Of a stretch of 53,454 nt of DNA, positions 1-8,713 are shown piece after piece. The notes below the pieces were generated by a model. That model searched no databases. It was not told the origin of the DNA and worked only from the letters and a program-made list of their open reading frames with translations. This DNA is from a virus (lineage: Duplodnaviria; Caudoviricetes), in IMG/VR virus record IMGVR_UViG_3300033552_000011, positions 1 to 53,454 of that record; one strand, 5' to 3'. Numbering within the stretch: the stretch's first letter is position 1; every line of letters starts with the position of its first letter. The translations under genes and the position numbers were made by a program.

Positions 1-163
1 CTACGAGCGGCACAGTTGATATTATACAATCAAAAGTTGTCACCTCGGAATTTAAAATCAGATCGACTTGCGACCCGCCATTAACGCTTGCTTGAATGCG
101 AAAAGCTTTGCCTGGGTCCAAGAGCTTTAGGATCTTAGCACGGGCACAGAGTGTTATTTTCAT
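1..163 (-). CDS. partial hypothetical protein (weak HesB/IscA-like look), runs off window start
   Basis: Own translation MKITLCARAKILKLLDPGKAFRIQASVNGGSQVDLILNSE..., open to the window edge; ATG at 161-163 just after a hairpin. Confidence 0.4.
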   Translation of the reverse strand, partial: MKITLCARAKILKLLDPGKAFRIQASVNGGSQVDLILNSEVTTFDCIISTVPLV

Positions 164-173
164 GGGATTTGAA

Positions 174-194
174 AGAGGGGCTCGAAGCCCCTCT
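174..194 (-). terminator. stem-loop terminator/processing hairpin
   Basis: AGAGGGGC-ttcga-GCCCCTCT immediately after the stop of 197..379; U-tract short. Confidence 0.65.
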
Positions 195-196
195 GG

Positions 197-379
197 TTAC
201 TTCAGACGTTTTTCGCCGATGTCTTTCAACGCTTGAGCAGTTGCCGTAACGCTGTTGTCTTCGAGCAGGTCAGAAAGCTTGCGATGAACTTTAGTACCTT
301 CATCGGTCACCACTTCTACGTAAACTTGAAGTTCGTCGGTGCCGTCGAAATAGTCGAGACCGATGTTGGTTAACTTCAT
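197..379 (-). CDS. hypothetical protein
   Basis: 60-aa ORF, ATGA overlap with the upstream gene. Confidence 0.75.
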   Translation of the reverse strand: MKLTNIGLDYFDGTDELQVYVEVVTDEGTKVHRKLSDLLEDNSVTATAQALKDIGEKRLK

Positions 380-582
380 TCTGCTTCGCCTTGAGCGTCA
401 GTCTTTTCGCCGGTCTTCTTCACCAACGAGTTGGATTCGATTGCTGCGCGAATTGCTTTCATGAGCTTGGCTTGCGAGGTGAAGACCTCGGTCTTGTAGC
501 AGCCATCTTCGCCTTGTGAGCTGAAGATGAATCCGCCGTGTACCAGCTGAATGCTGATCGATGATTCCATTGTACTATCCAT
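376..582 (-). CDS. hypothetical protein
   Basis: 68-aa ORF with AAGGAG SD, directly after uvsX. Confidence 0.75.
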   Translation of the reverse strand: MDSTMESSISIQLVHGGFIFSSQGEDGCYKTEVFTSQAKLMKAIRAAIESNSLVKKTGEKTDAQGEAE

Positions 583-603
583 TGTGATACTCCTTATGTT
601 GGT

Positions 604-1674
604 TTATTCGTCTTGATCCGCAATTGAATCAAGGGCGTCTAGGTCGATTTCTGGTTCGTCACGAGCCAGCAGTGGTGCGCAAGCTGGGTGCTTCAACAGC
701 TTGAGTGCAATTTCGTCGGTGATTTCGCTTTCTTTAAAGGCAATGCGTTCGCCATTTACTTCTGCGATCCACTTCAACTTCTCACCGACTTGTGTTCCTT
801 TTGCAATCACACCATCAGCTTCAAGGAGATCAATCAGCCCTGAAGTCGAAGACATACCACGATTGTAAGGAATATCCAGTTCCACCTTAGTACCGAGCTT
901 GGCGAAACGAGATTTGTAGGTTTCAAACTTCATGCGAACACCTACGACTTCAGTATCTTCCTTGAGCTTCAGCTTGGTAATCATGCCGATGATCGAGGAG
1001 GAAAACTTAGTCGAGTTGGTAACTGCCCATGGTCCATCACCCAACATAATGTCTTGAGGATAGACGTGGTCGGTAACCAACATCTTGATTGGGAGACGTG
1101 CAATCTTGCCAACAGCCAGACGCAGCATCGCCTTACGGCGTTTTGCCAACTGACCTTGGTCACCCTTGATGACACCCTTGTCGTAGTTCGTCATTTCGGT
1201 TTCGGAGGACAGCATCGCCAACGAGTCGATAATGATGAGGGTACGCGGAGCATCCGGATTGTCCTTGCCGTATTCCTTCTTGTAGTTCAAGAAGAAGTCG
1301 GAGAGGATACCGTTCATGTCTTCGATGGTCGAGCATTGCATGTACGTCAACGCATCTTCGCCAATGTCCACGCCAATCTTGCGGAGATAATCCACGTCGA
1401 AAGCGTTTTCAGTATCGATGAGCAGGACGTGATAGCCTTGCTTCTGAGCGTGCAGCGCGATGTTGGAAGCAATGAACGACTTACCAGAACCCGATGGACC
1501 TGCAAACAGGGTGATGCGGGAAAGTGGTACGCCTTTCAGATAGTCACCTGACAGCGCGCGGTTCAAGGCGTAGTTACCAGTGCTCAACCATTCTTCGACG
1601 GAACGAATTCCGACTCCGACTGTATCAAGCTTGGCAGCATCTTTCTTGAATTTTTCGAGGAACTTAAGACCCAT
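604..1674 (-). CDS. uvsX: UvsX RecA-like recombinase
   Basis: STGNYALNRALSG, Walker A GPSGSGKS, DTENAFD, IIDSL; start revised to MGLKFL (GGGAG SD). Confidence 0.92.
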   Translation of the reverse strand: MGLKFLEKFKKDAAKLDTVGVGIRSVEEWLSTGNYALNRALSGDYLKGVPLSRITLFAGPSGSGKSFIASNIALHAQKQGYHVLLIDTENAFDVDYLRKIGVDIGEDALTYMQCSTIEDMNGILSDFFLNYKKEYGKDNPDAPRTLIIIDSLAMLSSETEMTNYDKGVIKGDQGQLAKRRKAMLRLAVGKIARLPIKMLVTDHVYPQDIMLGDGPWAVTNSTKFSSSIIGMITKLKLKEDTEVVGVRMKFETYKSRFAKLGTKVELDIPYNRGMSSTSGLIDLLEADGVIAKGTQVGEKLKWIAEVNGERIAFKESEITDEIALKLLKHPACAPLLARDEPEIDLDALDSIADQDE

Positions 1675-1873
1675 TTTTCTCTCCCGTGCCGTGCTTGTCG
1701 CTGGCGTTGTAGAGACGAATTGCACTGCGTCCATCTCCGAATGTTTCCTTGATTGCAGCCTCAGCAGCATCGCGTGATGCAAAGCTAACTACGAGGTTGG
1801 ATTCCGGAAACAAGACGGGGCTCACGGAGATGAAATGTCCACCCGTAAAGTCGATGTGTTTTGTTTGTTTCAT
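1664..1873 (-). CDS. hypothetical protein
   Basis: MKQTKHIDF start with CAGGAG SD, overlaps the uvsX start. Confidence 0.7.
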   Translation of the reverse strand: MKQTKHIDFTGGHFISVSPVLFPESNLVVSFASRDAAEAAIKETFGDGRSAIRLYNASDKHGTGEKNGS

Positions 1874-1894
1874 AATACTCCTGTAAGAAACTTG

Positions 1895-1923
1895 TGTACA
1901 ACCTGGATGATTGCATGTAGAAT
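1895..1923 (+). promoter_or_regulatory. early-type promoter on + strand with no downstream gene
   Basis: TGTACA-N17-TAGAAT, matches the early consensus seen elsewhere in the window. Confidence 0.5.
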
Positions 1924-1949
1924 GAACCATCCAGGAAAATCACAGATCA

Positions 1950-1967
1950 AGAGACCGTGTGGTCTCT
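1950..1967. terminator. hairpin after gp32
   Basis: AGAGACC-gtgt-GGTCTCT. Confidence 0.55.
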
Positions 1968-1972
1968 AAGAA

Positions 1973-2839
1973 TTACTCGGCTTTAGCAGCAGCGCGGAGG
2001 CGGAGCTGTTCAACAACCGACAGTTTCTTTTCGCCAGGTACGGCAGGAGCAGCTTCAGCTTTCGCTTCAGGTGCAGCCGTCTGTGCAGTTTCTTGCTTTG
2101 CAGCAACAGGAGCAGCTGTCTCAGCTTGTTCGCCGGTGAACTGGCCACCAGTCTGGTCGGCCAGAAGCATAGCTTCCATCACATCACGGGTGATGCGCGG
2201 AGTACGGTACTCGCCCAGGTTGTACAGCGTCATCGATTCGATGATGTCGTCTGCAACGTCCGTTTGCTTCGGCGCGAAGCTCGAAGTGCCGTAGTCTGCG
2301 TACTCGCCGGACTTGGACTTCTTGATGCGGAAGTTGTAACCGCCTTTCAGTTCGAATGGTGCTTCTTCCAGATCGCCGCTCGAGAACGAGGCTTGGATCT
2401 GCTTGAAGATCTTCGGACCGAATTCCATCAGCTTGACCAGTTGTTCCTGATCGTGCTCAATGGTCGTGTCAATCACCAGCACCTGGCCGATGTACGACTT
2501 CTTGCGGTAGTATTTCTTACCGAGTTTCTCGTTGTGGTCAGGAGACTTCTCGTCGTAGTACTTCTGGGACAGAGCACAGATTGGGCAGTCTTCACCGTAC
2601 ATCTTCAAGCAGGCGACTTTTTCGCGCTTGCCATTGATCGTCAGCTCGTGAGCCAGGTTTTCTACCAGGAAACCCATTGGGTTTTCTTCGTCTGCGTCAG
2701 GGAGGAATCGTACGATAGTGGTGGAGTCAACGTCCATCTTCCAGAAGTTGAAGAAGAGTTTCCACGTTTGGTTGCCAGTGTTGTCGCCGGAGGTTTTCGA
2801 AGCGAATGCGGAGGCCAGATCTGCGAGTGATTTTTTCAT
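1973..2839 (-). CDS. gp32-like single-stranded DNA-binding protein
   Basis: IVRFLPD, HELT..CLKMYGEDCPIC zinc site, KIFK, GYNFRIK, YGTSSF; next to uvsX; start revised to MKKSL. Confidence 0.88.
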   Translation of the reverse strand: MKKSLADLASAFASKTSGDNTGNQTWKLFFNFWKMDVDSTTIVRFLPDADEENPMGFLVENLAHELTINGKREKVACLKMYGEDCPICALSQKYYDEKSPDHNEKLGKKYYRKKSYIGQVLVIDTTIEHDQEQLVKLMEFGPKIFKQIQASFSSGDLEEAPFELKGGYNFRIKKSKSGEYADYGTSSFAPKQTDVADDIIESMTLYNLGEYRTPRITRDVMEAMLLADQTGGQFTGEQAETAAPVAAKQETAQTAAPEAKAEAAPAVPGEKKLSVVEQLRLRAAAKAE

Positions 2840-2904
2840 TTTGGTAGTTCTTTCAATAAAGTTTGTCAAATGTTTGTAAAGTACAACCTCTTTCGGTTGC
2901 CAGG

Positions 2905-2912
2905 TATTTATA
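2905..2912 (-). promoter_or_regulatory. T4-type late promoter
   Basis: TATAAATA upstream of gp32. Confidence 0.7.
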
Positions 2913-3029
2913 GGAAATACGAGATGCTTTACAATTTTTCTTGATTAGTTGCGCTCGATCAAGAGAATTCATTGTAACATGGAAACATTGTTTTCCACAA
3001 ACTTTTTCAACGTTGTACTGAAAGAAACG

Positions 3030-3689
3030 TTACTTTGAGATACGTAAGACGATGTGTGCGATTATGATATCGACAATCATTTTGACACGGCCGAACAAGC
3101 CGCGGAAGAAACCTTGCTTCTGCTCTTTGATTACCTGAGAGAGACCCGGCATAATTTTGAAGTCAAACCCGCATGTGCGGTCTGCAATGTAGTTGAGAGC
3201 CGTTTCAATCATGAAACGCGACTTGTACTTTGCTGGTACTGATTCCCACATCTCGCGTGACACGGCTCGTTCCCCACCCAACTTTGCTGCCATCTCAATG
3301 GTGAATGGCAAATGCCAATACAGACCGCGGTCTCGCATGGCAACCATCATGCATACTTGCTCAGACAGAACTGGTTCAAGCGTTTGGTCAATGATCTCGT
3401 GAGTCAACCCAACAATGTCAGCATCACAAAAGAAGATCACATCTGGATCGGATAGCTGCACACCCAGTTCCATCGCCGCGCCTTTGCCTTTATTCGGCCC
3501 AGTGTGGACGATTACTTTCTGTTGTGGCCATGGTGGGCGTGAACCCAACGCGGTGAGGTATGTGTCATCTGTAGAACCGTCGTCGACAATTATGATCTGA
3601 TCAAATCCCGGATACGACGAAAGGACCTCCATCACCTTTCGGATCCGAGGTCCTTCATTGTAAGCAGCAACTATCGCTACGACTTTCAT
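3030..3689 (-). CDS. glycosyltransferase family 2
   Basis: AYNEG, IIVDDGSTDDT, NKGKGAAM, FCDAD (DxD). Confidence 0.9.
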   Translation of the reverse strand: MKVVAIVAAYNEGPRIRKVMEVLSSYPGFDQIIIVDDGSTDDTYLTALGSRPPWPQQKVIVHTGPNKGKGAAMELGVQLSDPDVIFFCDADIVGLTHEIIDQTLEPVLSEQVCMMVAMRDRGLYWHLPFTIEMAAKLGGERAVSREMWESVPAKYKSRFMIETALNYIADRTCGFDFKIMPGLSQVIKEQKQGFFRGLFGRVKMIVDIIIAHIVLRISK

Positions 3690-3703
3690 CGAACAGTTTC
3701 ACC

Positions 3704-4861
3704 TCATGGTATGAAGATCGAAAATGAATCTACTTCGGCTCCCAACCACGGAGTCTCCAACTGCATTGCAATCTGGTGAACGCGGTAATCGCTCAACGAC
3801 TTATCGCCGCGAGTCTTCTGACGAGCCATTGCCTTCGACTCGGAGATGAAGAACTCGATCGAGCGGATACGGTAACCTTTTGCCTTCGCTGCTTCGATGA
3901 ACTTGCCACGAGCCTTACGACCCTGGTTCATGCGATCCAACACGATCGTCGCTTTGGTTTCCAACAAGTCAGCGAACTGACGTGCGGAGTACTGGTCAAA
4001 CTTCGAGTCCGGATGCATGTGGCAATACTTCCAGCACGCATCGTACTTCTGCGCACCCGTCAATACTTCCAGAGCCGTGTAATCCTCGTACGGCATGTTG
4101 GCATGTGCATACTGCAAACGCAACTCATCTTCGCTGAACACTTTGAAGAGGTCATCCATCGCTTTGATGAACGTTGACTTGCCGGCACCAGAGATGCCAA
4201 CCATCAAAATCAATTCAGGCGCATTCGCAGGAATCTTGCGCTCGTTAAACGAGACCAGCTGGAAACCTTCGATCCACTCCTCGACGTTCTGCTTCTTCGT
4301 CTCGTGATCGTCGGAGATACGGCCGTGGCAATCCGAACGCAGCATGTCGTAGAAGCAGACTTCATCGATGCCCAACGTCGCGTCGATCATGTGCGCCAAC
4401 TTCTGACGCTTCTGCTCGTTCTTCAAACCGTATGGCAAGTGATGTTCGATCATGACTTTGATGATGCGGACATCTTTCCACGAGAAACCTTGGGCGAAGA
4501 ACATCTCGCGCAGCTCATCGTTGTCGCACATGAAGGACAGGAACACATTGCCGGAGATCGGTTCGTGGCCGGCGTAGCGACGATAGAACACACCTGGCTC
4601 TTCTTTCTTTTCCAGGGTTTCTTCTGCTTCCGGTTTACCGAAGTCGTGGAACAGCAACGCCATCAGTGTCAACGTGCGCTGACGCTCTGTGCGAGTGTGC
4701 GAAAACATTTCGATGTACTTCTCGATCGTCATGCTCGTGTGAACAGCGACGTTCGCTTCGCGATGCCACGGCGAGTTTTCGACCGTGTTCTCCATCGTCT
4801 TCCAGTTCGGCGTCTGCTCGATGCGAGCTTTGAACTGCGCGAAAAATTCCAATGCGTCCAT
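3704..4861 (-). CDS. HD-domain phosphohydrolase fused to P-loop (AAA_33/PNK-like) kinase
   Basis: WHRE..V..HT, LFHDFGKP, YAGHE, IEHH; C-terminal LMVGISGAGKST, IVLD. Confidence 0.8.
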   Translation of the reverse strand: MDALEFFAQFKARIEQTPNWKTMENTVENSPWHREANVAVHTSMTIEKYIEMFSHTRTERQRTLTLMALLFHDFGKPEAEETLEKKEEPGVFYRRYAGHEPISGNVFLSFMCDNDELREMFFAQGFSWKDVRIIKVMIEHHLPYGLKNEQKRQKLAHMIDATLGIDEVCFYDMLRSDCHGRISDDHETKKQNVEEWIEGFQLVSFNERKIPANAPELILMVGISGAGKSTFIKAMDDLFKVFSEDELRLQYAHANMPYEDYTALEVLTGAQKYDACWKYCHMHPDSKFDQYSARQFADLLETKATIVLDRMNQGRKARGKFIEAAKAKGYRIRSIEFFISESKAMARQKTRGDKSLSDYRVHQIAMQLETPWLGAEVDSFSIFIP

Positions 4862-4887
4862 GTATAATCCTTTTATTCGTTGAGGCC

Positions 4888-4916
4888 ATTATACATCCGG
4901 CCCGAACGAATGTACA
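4888..4916 (-). promoter_or_regulatory. early promoter
   Basis: TGTACA-N17-TATAAT. Confidence 0.75.
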
Positions 4917-4923
4917 CGACTAT

Positions 4924-5421
4924 TTAGGTGTTCTTCACCGTAACGGTCAAGCCGGCAAAGATGTATTCACCTTCGCCGATTGCATCGCCATGCGAGAATT
5001 CGCGCCGCGGCGAGATGGTGAGGCGGGCAACTGGTACGCCAAGCTGACCAGCAATCAGTTGTGCGAGGTCGGCGATCGACAGCTCGTAGGTTTGAACGCT
5101 GGCTTTGAGTTTGAAACTTTCGCCTGGTGACTGATATGCGTCGTCTATTTTCTTCTCCGTAATTGAATCGAGGTAATCGGTGAGTGCCGCTTTAGCTTTG
5201 AGTTTGAAACTTTCGCCTGGTGACTGATATGCGTCGTCTATTTTCTTCTCCGTAATTGAATCGAGGTAATCGGTGAGTGCCGCTTTAGCTTTGGTCAGTT
5301 TATTCCCAACATACTCTGCGTCAAAGTTTGTGTAGCCCTGAATGAAACGCTCGGCAAGCTCATTCGCATCATCGACCTCGCGTTGCAGCTTCTTCATCTG
5401 CTTGAGTTGTTCTGCGTCCAT
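4924..5421 (-). CDS. hypothetical protein with internal 31-aa perfect duplication
   Basis: KAKAALTDYLDSITEKKIDDAYQSPGESFKL occurs twice. Confidence 0.7.
   Translation of the reverse strand: MDAEQLKQMKKLQREVDDANELAERFIQGYTNFDAEYVGNKLTKAKAALTDYLDSITEKKIDDAYQSPGESFKLKAKAALTDYLDSITEKKIDDAYQSPGESFKLKASVQTYELSIADLAQLIAGQLGVPVARLTISPRREFSHGDAIGEGEYIFAGLTVTVKNT
5102..5293. repeat. perfect 93-bp tandem duplication
   Basis: Units start at 5102 and 5195; GCTTTG microhomology at the junctions. Confidence 0.95.
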
Positions 5422-5759
5422 CAGTCAAGCCTCGTGTGCGAGGTTACATCGACGCCATACTTTCGCAGGTGTTCGGCGAATGCACGTGCACCCGCTTCTT
5501 TCGCGTCCATGCATTGCGTGAAGTTCTTCGATGGATTCCAGACGGAGTATCCGCCTTCATACGAAGTGTCGCCGAGTTTCATTTCTTTCAGAACCTTGAC
5601 GAACTGGCCACGAGCTGGTTTGATTTTGACCCATGCGAAACCGCACGGGAAATGTTCACCGTATTGCTCGATGTACGCAGCTGTAAACCGAGCAGCTTCT
5701 TCCAAGCCTGCTTCGATAATCAACTGCACATCGTTATCTGTGAGCTTGACTTGGGCCAT
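5421..5759 (-). CDS. hypothetical phage protein
   Basis: CGFAWV...QCMDAKEAGA.AFA..L...G; start MAQVK. Confidence 0.75.
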   Translation of the reverse strand: MAQVKLTDNDVQLIIEAGLEEAARFTAAYIEQYGEHFPCGFAWVKIKPARGQFVKVLKEMKLGDTSYEGGYSVWNPSKNFTQCMDAKEAGARAFAEHLRKYGVDVTSHTRLD

Positions 5760-5761
5760 GA

Positions 5762-6013
5762 TTAGTCCGTCCGAATGGTTGAGCCTTTGAACCAGCCGCT
5801 GCAAACAACGCCGGATACCTGGACACCAGTTGGGCCTTTGGCCGTGAACTTGGTCTTGAACGAATCATCCTGGCCGCAGCCGAAAACGGAGTAGCCGTCG
5901 GTTTTGATGTCGGTGTAACCGGCACCTTGCAGCGCTTTAGTTGCGTCAGTAGCACTGGAACAACCGCTCAGCGCAGCGGCGAGGAGAATGAGAACGAGAG
6001 TTTGCTTTTTCAT
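5762..6013 (-). CDS. putative lipoprotein
   Basis: MKK + hydrophobic stretch + lipobox LSGC. Confidence 0.75.
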   Translation of the reverse strand: MKKQTLVLILLAAALSGCSSATDATKALQGAGYTDIKTDGYSVFGCGQDDSFKTKFTAKGPTGVQVSGVVCSGWFKGSTIRTD

Positions 6014-6258
6014 GATGTGCTTTCAGGGGCAAGACGACATTGGTAACAACGGACGAAGCTTTCATCTTCTTCGAAAATGAAGCAGGCGTGATTTGTTTCT
6101 GGCGGGAAAATCACCGCCTTTACTGTGTTCACGCGGAATGTGGACTTGAAAGGTTTCGGAGTAACTTTGTTGTTGCTCCGCGACTTCTTCATCACGCGCT
6201 TACCTACCATCGTGTGGTAGGTTTCGATAAGTTCTGGAGTGTCGTGGTACATAATCAT
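6010..6258 (-). CDS. hypothetical protein
   Basis: 82-aa ORF in a tightly packed operon. Confidence 0.7.
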   Translation of the reverse strand: MIMYHDTPELIETYHTMVGKRVMKKSRSNNKVTPKPFKSTFRVNTVKAVIFPPETNHACFIFEEDESFVRCYQCRLAPESTS

Positions 6259-6260
6259 CC

Positions 6261-6752
6261 TCAGAAACTTGGGTTACGTTCGTTTACAATGCCTTTGACC
6301 AGTGACCACGTGCCGCCGACCATGACCCAGCGCGAGCTTTGCTTCCGGCGATTGAACACTTCACCGGTCGAGGTCGTGATGCGCCAGCCCTTCGTGATGC
6401 GGGTGATCACGCCACACGGGTAGTAGTCACCGTTGAAGCCGTACGAAACATCGTCACCAACCTTTGGTGGTTCGACAATGCCGAAACGATGGCTGGTGTA
6501 TTCGCCATCGTCGTAGGCCAGGAAGAAAGGTTTGTCTTCGCTACGGCCATGAACGCCTTGCTCGTTGAAGTGTGCGGCAATCGCTTCCACTTCTTCGATG
6601 CTCTTGAAATCCGGGCTGCACTTTGCCAAGTCGTACTCGAGGCCAAAGAAATCGCGCAGGATTGGTTTGTACTCTTCAGTGCAACGGCCGGTGTAAGGCG
6701 ATTCGCTGGTTACATGAACCGGCTGGCCTTTGTTAAAGAGTACGTAGATCAT
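6261..6752 (-). CDS. hypothetical protein
   Basis: 163 aa, GGAG SD, first gene after an early promoter. Confidence 0.8.
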   Translation of the reverse strand: MIYVLFNKGQPVHVTSESPYTGRCTEEYKPILRDFFGLEYDLAKCSPDFKSIEEVEAIAAHFNEQGVHGRSEDKPFFLAYDDGEYTSHRFGIVEPPKVGDDVSYGFNGDYYPCGVITRITKGWRITTSTGEVFNRRKQSSRWVMVGGTWSLVKGIVNERNPSF

Positions 6753-6785
6753 TTTGAAGCTCCGTGTTTGTCAGTCGATATAAAG

Positions 6786-6814
6786 ATTATACACGCAACC
6801 CCGCCGCGTGTACA
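6786..6814 (-). promoter_or_regulatory. early promoter
   Basis: TGTACA-N17-TATAAT followed by ATCGAC. Confidence 0.8.
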
Positions 6815-6822
6815 CACTTCTT

Positions 6823-7254
6823 TTACTTTTTACCGGCAAATCCAGTAGCGCAGATGTAGTCGCCGCTCGGCATCGGTTCGTCGAGCTGGCTGATCATCTC
6901 GTCGGCATGGAGCACCAGCGTTCGGTATGCTTCTTTGCGACGCTTCAGATATTCCTGCAACTGTGGCCGGATCATCTCGAGCACTTCCGCTTCCGACTTT
7001 CCGGAACGGTAGACGAACACGTAACCAGACGAACCATTGCGGTTGCGATCATCCCAAACAATCTGATTGAGTTGGTCTGGGCGAACGCTGACGTTGTTGT
7101 GGTGACCAGGTGGATTCACTCTCAGTTCGACACCGAGCCAGTCACTGGTTTCAACTGGGTACATGAACTCGTGATTCGTGCGAACCATGAAGCCATGCGA
7201 CTCGACGCTGATCGTTGCGTAGCTGTACAGATCGCCATCTTTGATTTCGGGCAT
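6823..7254 (-). CDS. hypothetical protein
   Basis: start MPEIKDG with GAGG SD. Confidence 0.7.
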   Translation of the reverse strand: MPEIKDGDLYSYATISVESHGFMVRTNHEFMYPVETSDWLGVELRVNPPGHHNNVSVRPDQLNQIVWDDRNRNGSSGYVFVYRSGKSEAEVLEMIRPQLQEYLKRRKEAYRTLVLHADEMISQLDEPMPSGDYICATGFAGKK

Positions 7255-7255
7255 G

Positions 7256-7600
7256 TCAGTGTTCCTCAGGTTCGTACAACCAGCAGGTGCGGAGTGTAAT
7301 GCACCCGTTAAAAAGAATGATGACCGATGTTGCACCGTTGGAGCAATGGATACGATGCTGCATCTTGCGGCCCCACGTGTTCTCGTTCTGAAGCATCGCG
7401 TAGTTTGCCTTCAGCCACTTCATCGTGTCGATGAGGACGCACGCTTGATCTTCGTTCTTCGGAAAACGTTCGAACAGTCGTTCCAGAAAATGGGCCTGAA
7501 TCTGCGTCTTCAAACGAGTCGCAGGGTCTGGACACCACTTGTCATTCTTCTCTCGAAGAATGGCACGGAACTTGCTGAGTGTTGGATAGTCTACTGACAT
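7256..7600 (-). CDS. hypothetical protein
   Basis: 114-aa ORF in operon. Confidence 0.7.
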   Translation of the reverse strand: MSVDYPTLSKFRAILREKNDKWCPDPATRLKTQIQAHFLERLFERFPKNEDQACVLIDTMKWLKANYAMLQNENTWGRKMQHRIHCSNGATSVIILFNGCITLRTCWLYEPEEH

Positions 7601-7890
7601 TCGACAACCTCCTCAACTTGTGTAATGCCGATGGTTGCCATCTGCCCGGATTCTTCGTCGAGGTGCATGAACAGCACATTTGGCGTATTCGGATTCGTGT
7701 TCGCGATAATCTCTGCTGGATCAACACCGATCAGTGTGAACAGCTCAGACGCGTCATCGATAGCAAGAACAACTTCGACAGCATTACGTGCATCCCACGC
7801 ATTTGCTTCGCCGGTCCACTGCCGGAGGATTCGTTGCGCCATGTCAGGAACTGAAATGGACCACTTGTATTTGATCAATGGACGGCTCAT
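7591..7890 (-). CDS. hypothetical protein
   Basis: 99-aa ORF, AAGGAG SD. Confidence 0.7.
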   Translation of the reverse strand: MSRPLIKYKWSISVPDMAQRILRQWTGEANAWDARNAVEVVLAIDDASELFTLIGVDPAEIIANTNPNTPNVLFMHLDEESGQMATIGITQVEEVVECQ

Positions 7891-8153
7891 ACTTTACACT
7901 CCTTAATGAATTGTTTCAGTTCTGTAGTGTTCATGTTGCTGATGTGGATATCCATCAGCTCTGCAGTCCATGCTTCATTGGCCAGGACTTTGAGAATGCC
8001 AGAGCCCATGTTCATTGTGGAAGACATAGTCATTCCGAAAAGAACCGACTTGGTTTCTTTCTCGTCTTCCGTGATCTCGTGCCATGAGGCAACGTAAGTT
8101 CCTTCGAGAGAACTACGCAGCACGAAGATATATTGGTGTTTGTAGGTTTTCAT
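7887..8153 (-). CDS. hypothetical protein
   Basis: 88-aa ORF with ATGA overlaps. Confidence 0.7.
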   Translation of the reverse strand: MKTYKHQYIFVLRSSLEGTYVASWHEITEDEKETKSVLFGMTMSSTMNMGSGILKVLANEAWTAELMDIHISNMNTTELKQFIKECKV

Positions 8154-8224
8154 GCCGGTGTCAGTGGTTGGTTGTTCTCATCGCGGGTTTCATCCCACGT
8201 CGTTTTCTCATCGAGTTCAGACAT
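8150..8224 (-). CDS. 24-aa acidic microprotein (absent from the ORF track)
   Basis: MSELDEKTTWDETRDENNQPLTPA; AAGGAG SD; stop overlaps the next ATG (ATGA). Confidence 0.6.
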   Translation of the reverse strand: MSELDEKTTWDETRDENNQPLTPA

Positions 8225-8242
8225 GGGAAAGCTCCTTTTTGG

Positions 8243-8599
8243 TTAATAAGCGTAACGCGCTTTGTCAGCTGCCATTTTGGCTTTGATTTTCTCGCAGTGC
8301 AGTTCGTTCAGCGACTTGTAGCCGCCGATTTCCTGTGCGAGGCCAAGTGGGCTTGTCCGGTCCGAAGCTTCGCGGTTCGTGAGACGTGCAACAATGTCGG
8401 TGGAGGTCATGCGGGCAAGGATGAACTTGAGCCAATGTTTGGCACCGGCTTTTGGACGCATGTATTTGAAGCGCGAAACAACAACGAACACACCAGCAGC
8501 ATCTTTCATGCGAATGTAGACTTCGCCGCGGCCACTCATTTCTGCAACGATAACACCATTGACCAGGACATTGTCGCCGTCGAAAGTTACCTTGTTCAT
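8243..8599 (-). CDS. hypothetical protein
   Basis: 118 aa, GGAG SD, first gene after an early promoter. Confidence 0.8.
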   Translation of the reverse strand: MNKVTFDGDNVLVNGVIVAEMSGRGEVYIRMKDAAGVFVVVSRFKYMRPKAGAKHWLKFILARMTSTDIVARLTNREASDRTSPLGLAQEIGGYKSLNELHCEKIKAKMAADKARYAY

Positions 8600-8629
8600 G
8601 TTCGCTCCAGTTGTTTAGCCGATGTAAAG

Positions 8630-8658
8630 ATTATACCCAACATCGACTAACATGCACA
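8630..8658 (-). promoter_or_regulatory. early promoter
   Basis: TGTGCA-N17-TATAAT. Confidence 0.75.
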
Positions 8659-8713
8659 GTGTTTTATTCGCTGGTGTCGAGAAGGAATTCCGGTTGGCCT
8701 TGTATGCGGATTT

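Noticed and set aside
21-45. TATAAT on the minus strand near the window start
   Set aside because: No matching -35 at 17 bp, and it lies inside a probable CDS.
2093-2830. Long + strand ORFs (for example 2093..2830, 40678..41334, 42033..42935)
   Set aside because: Antisense shadows of well-supported minus-strand genes, with no SD or recognisable motifs.
5102-5293. CRISPR-like array
   Set aside because: Only two contiguous units, no spacers, in frame within a CDS.
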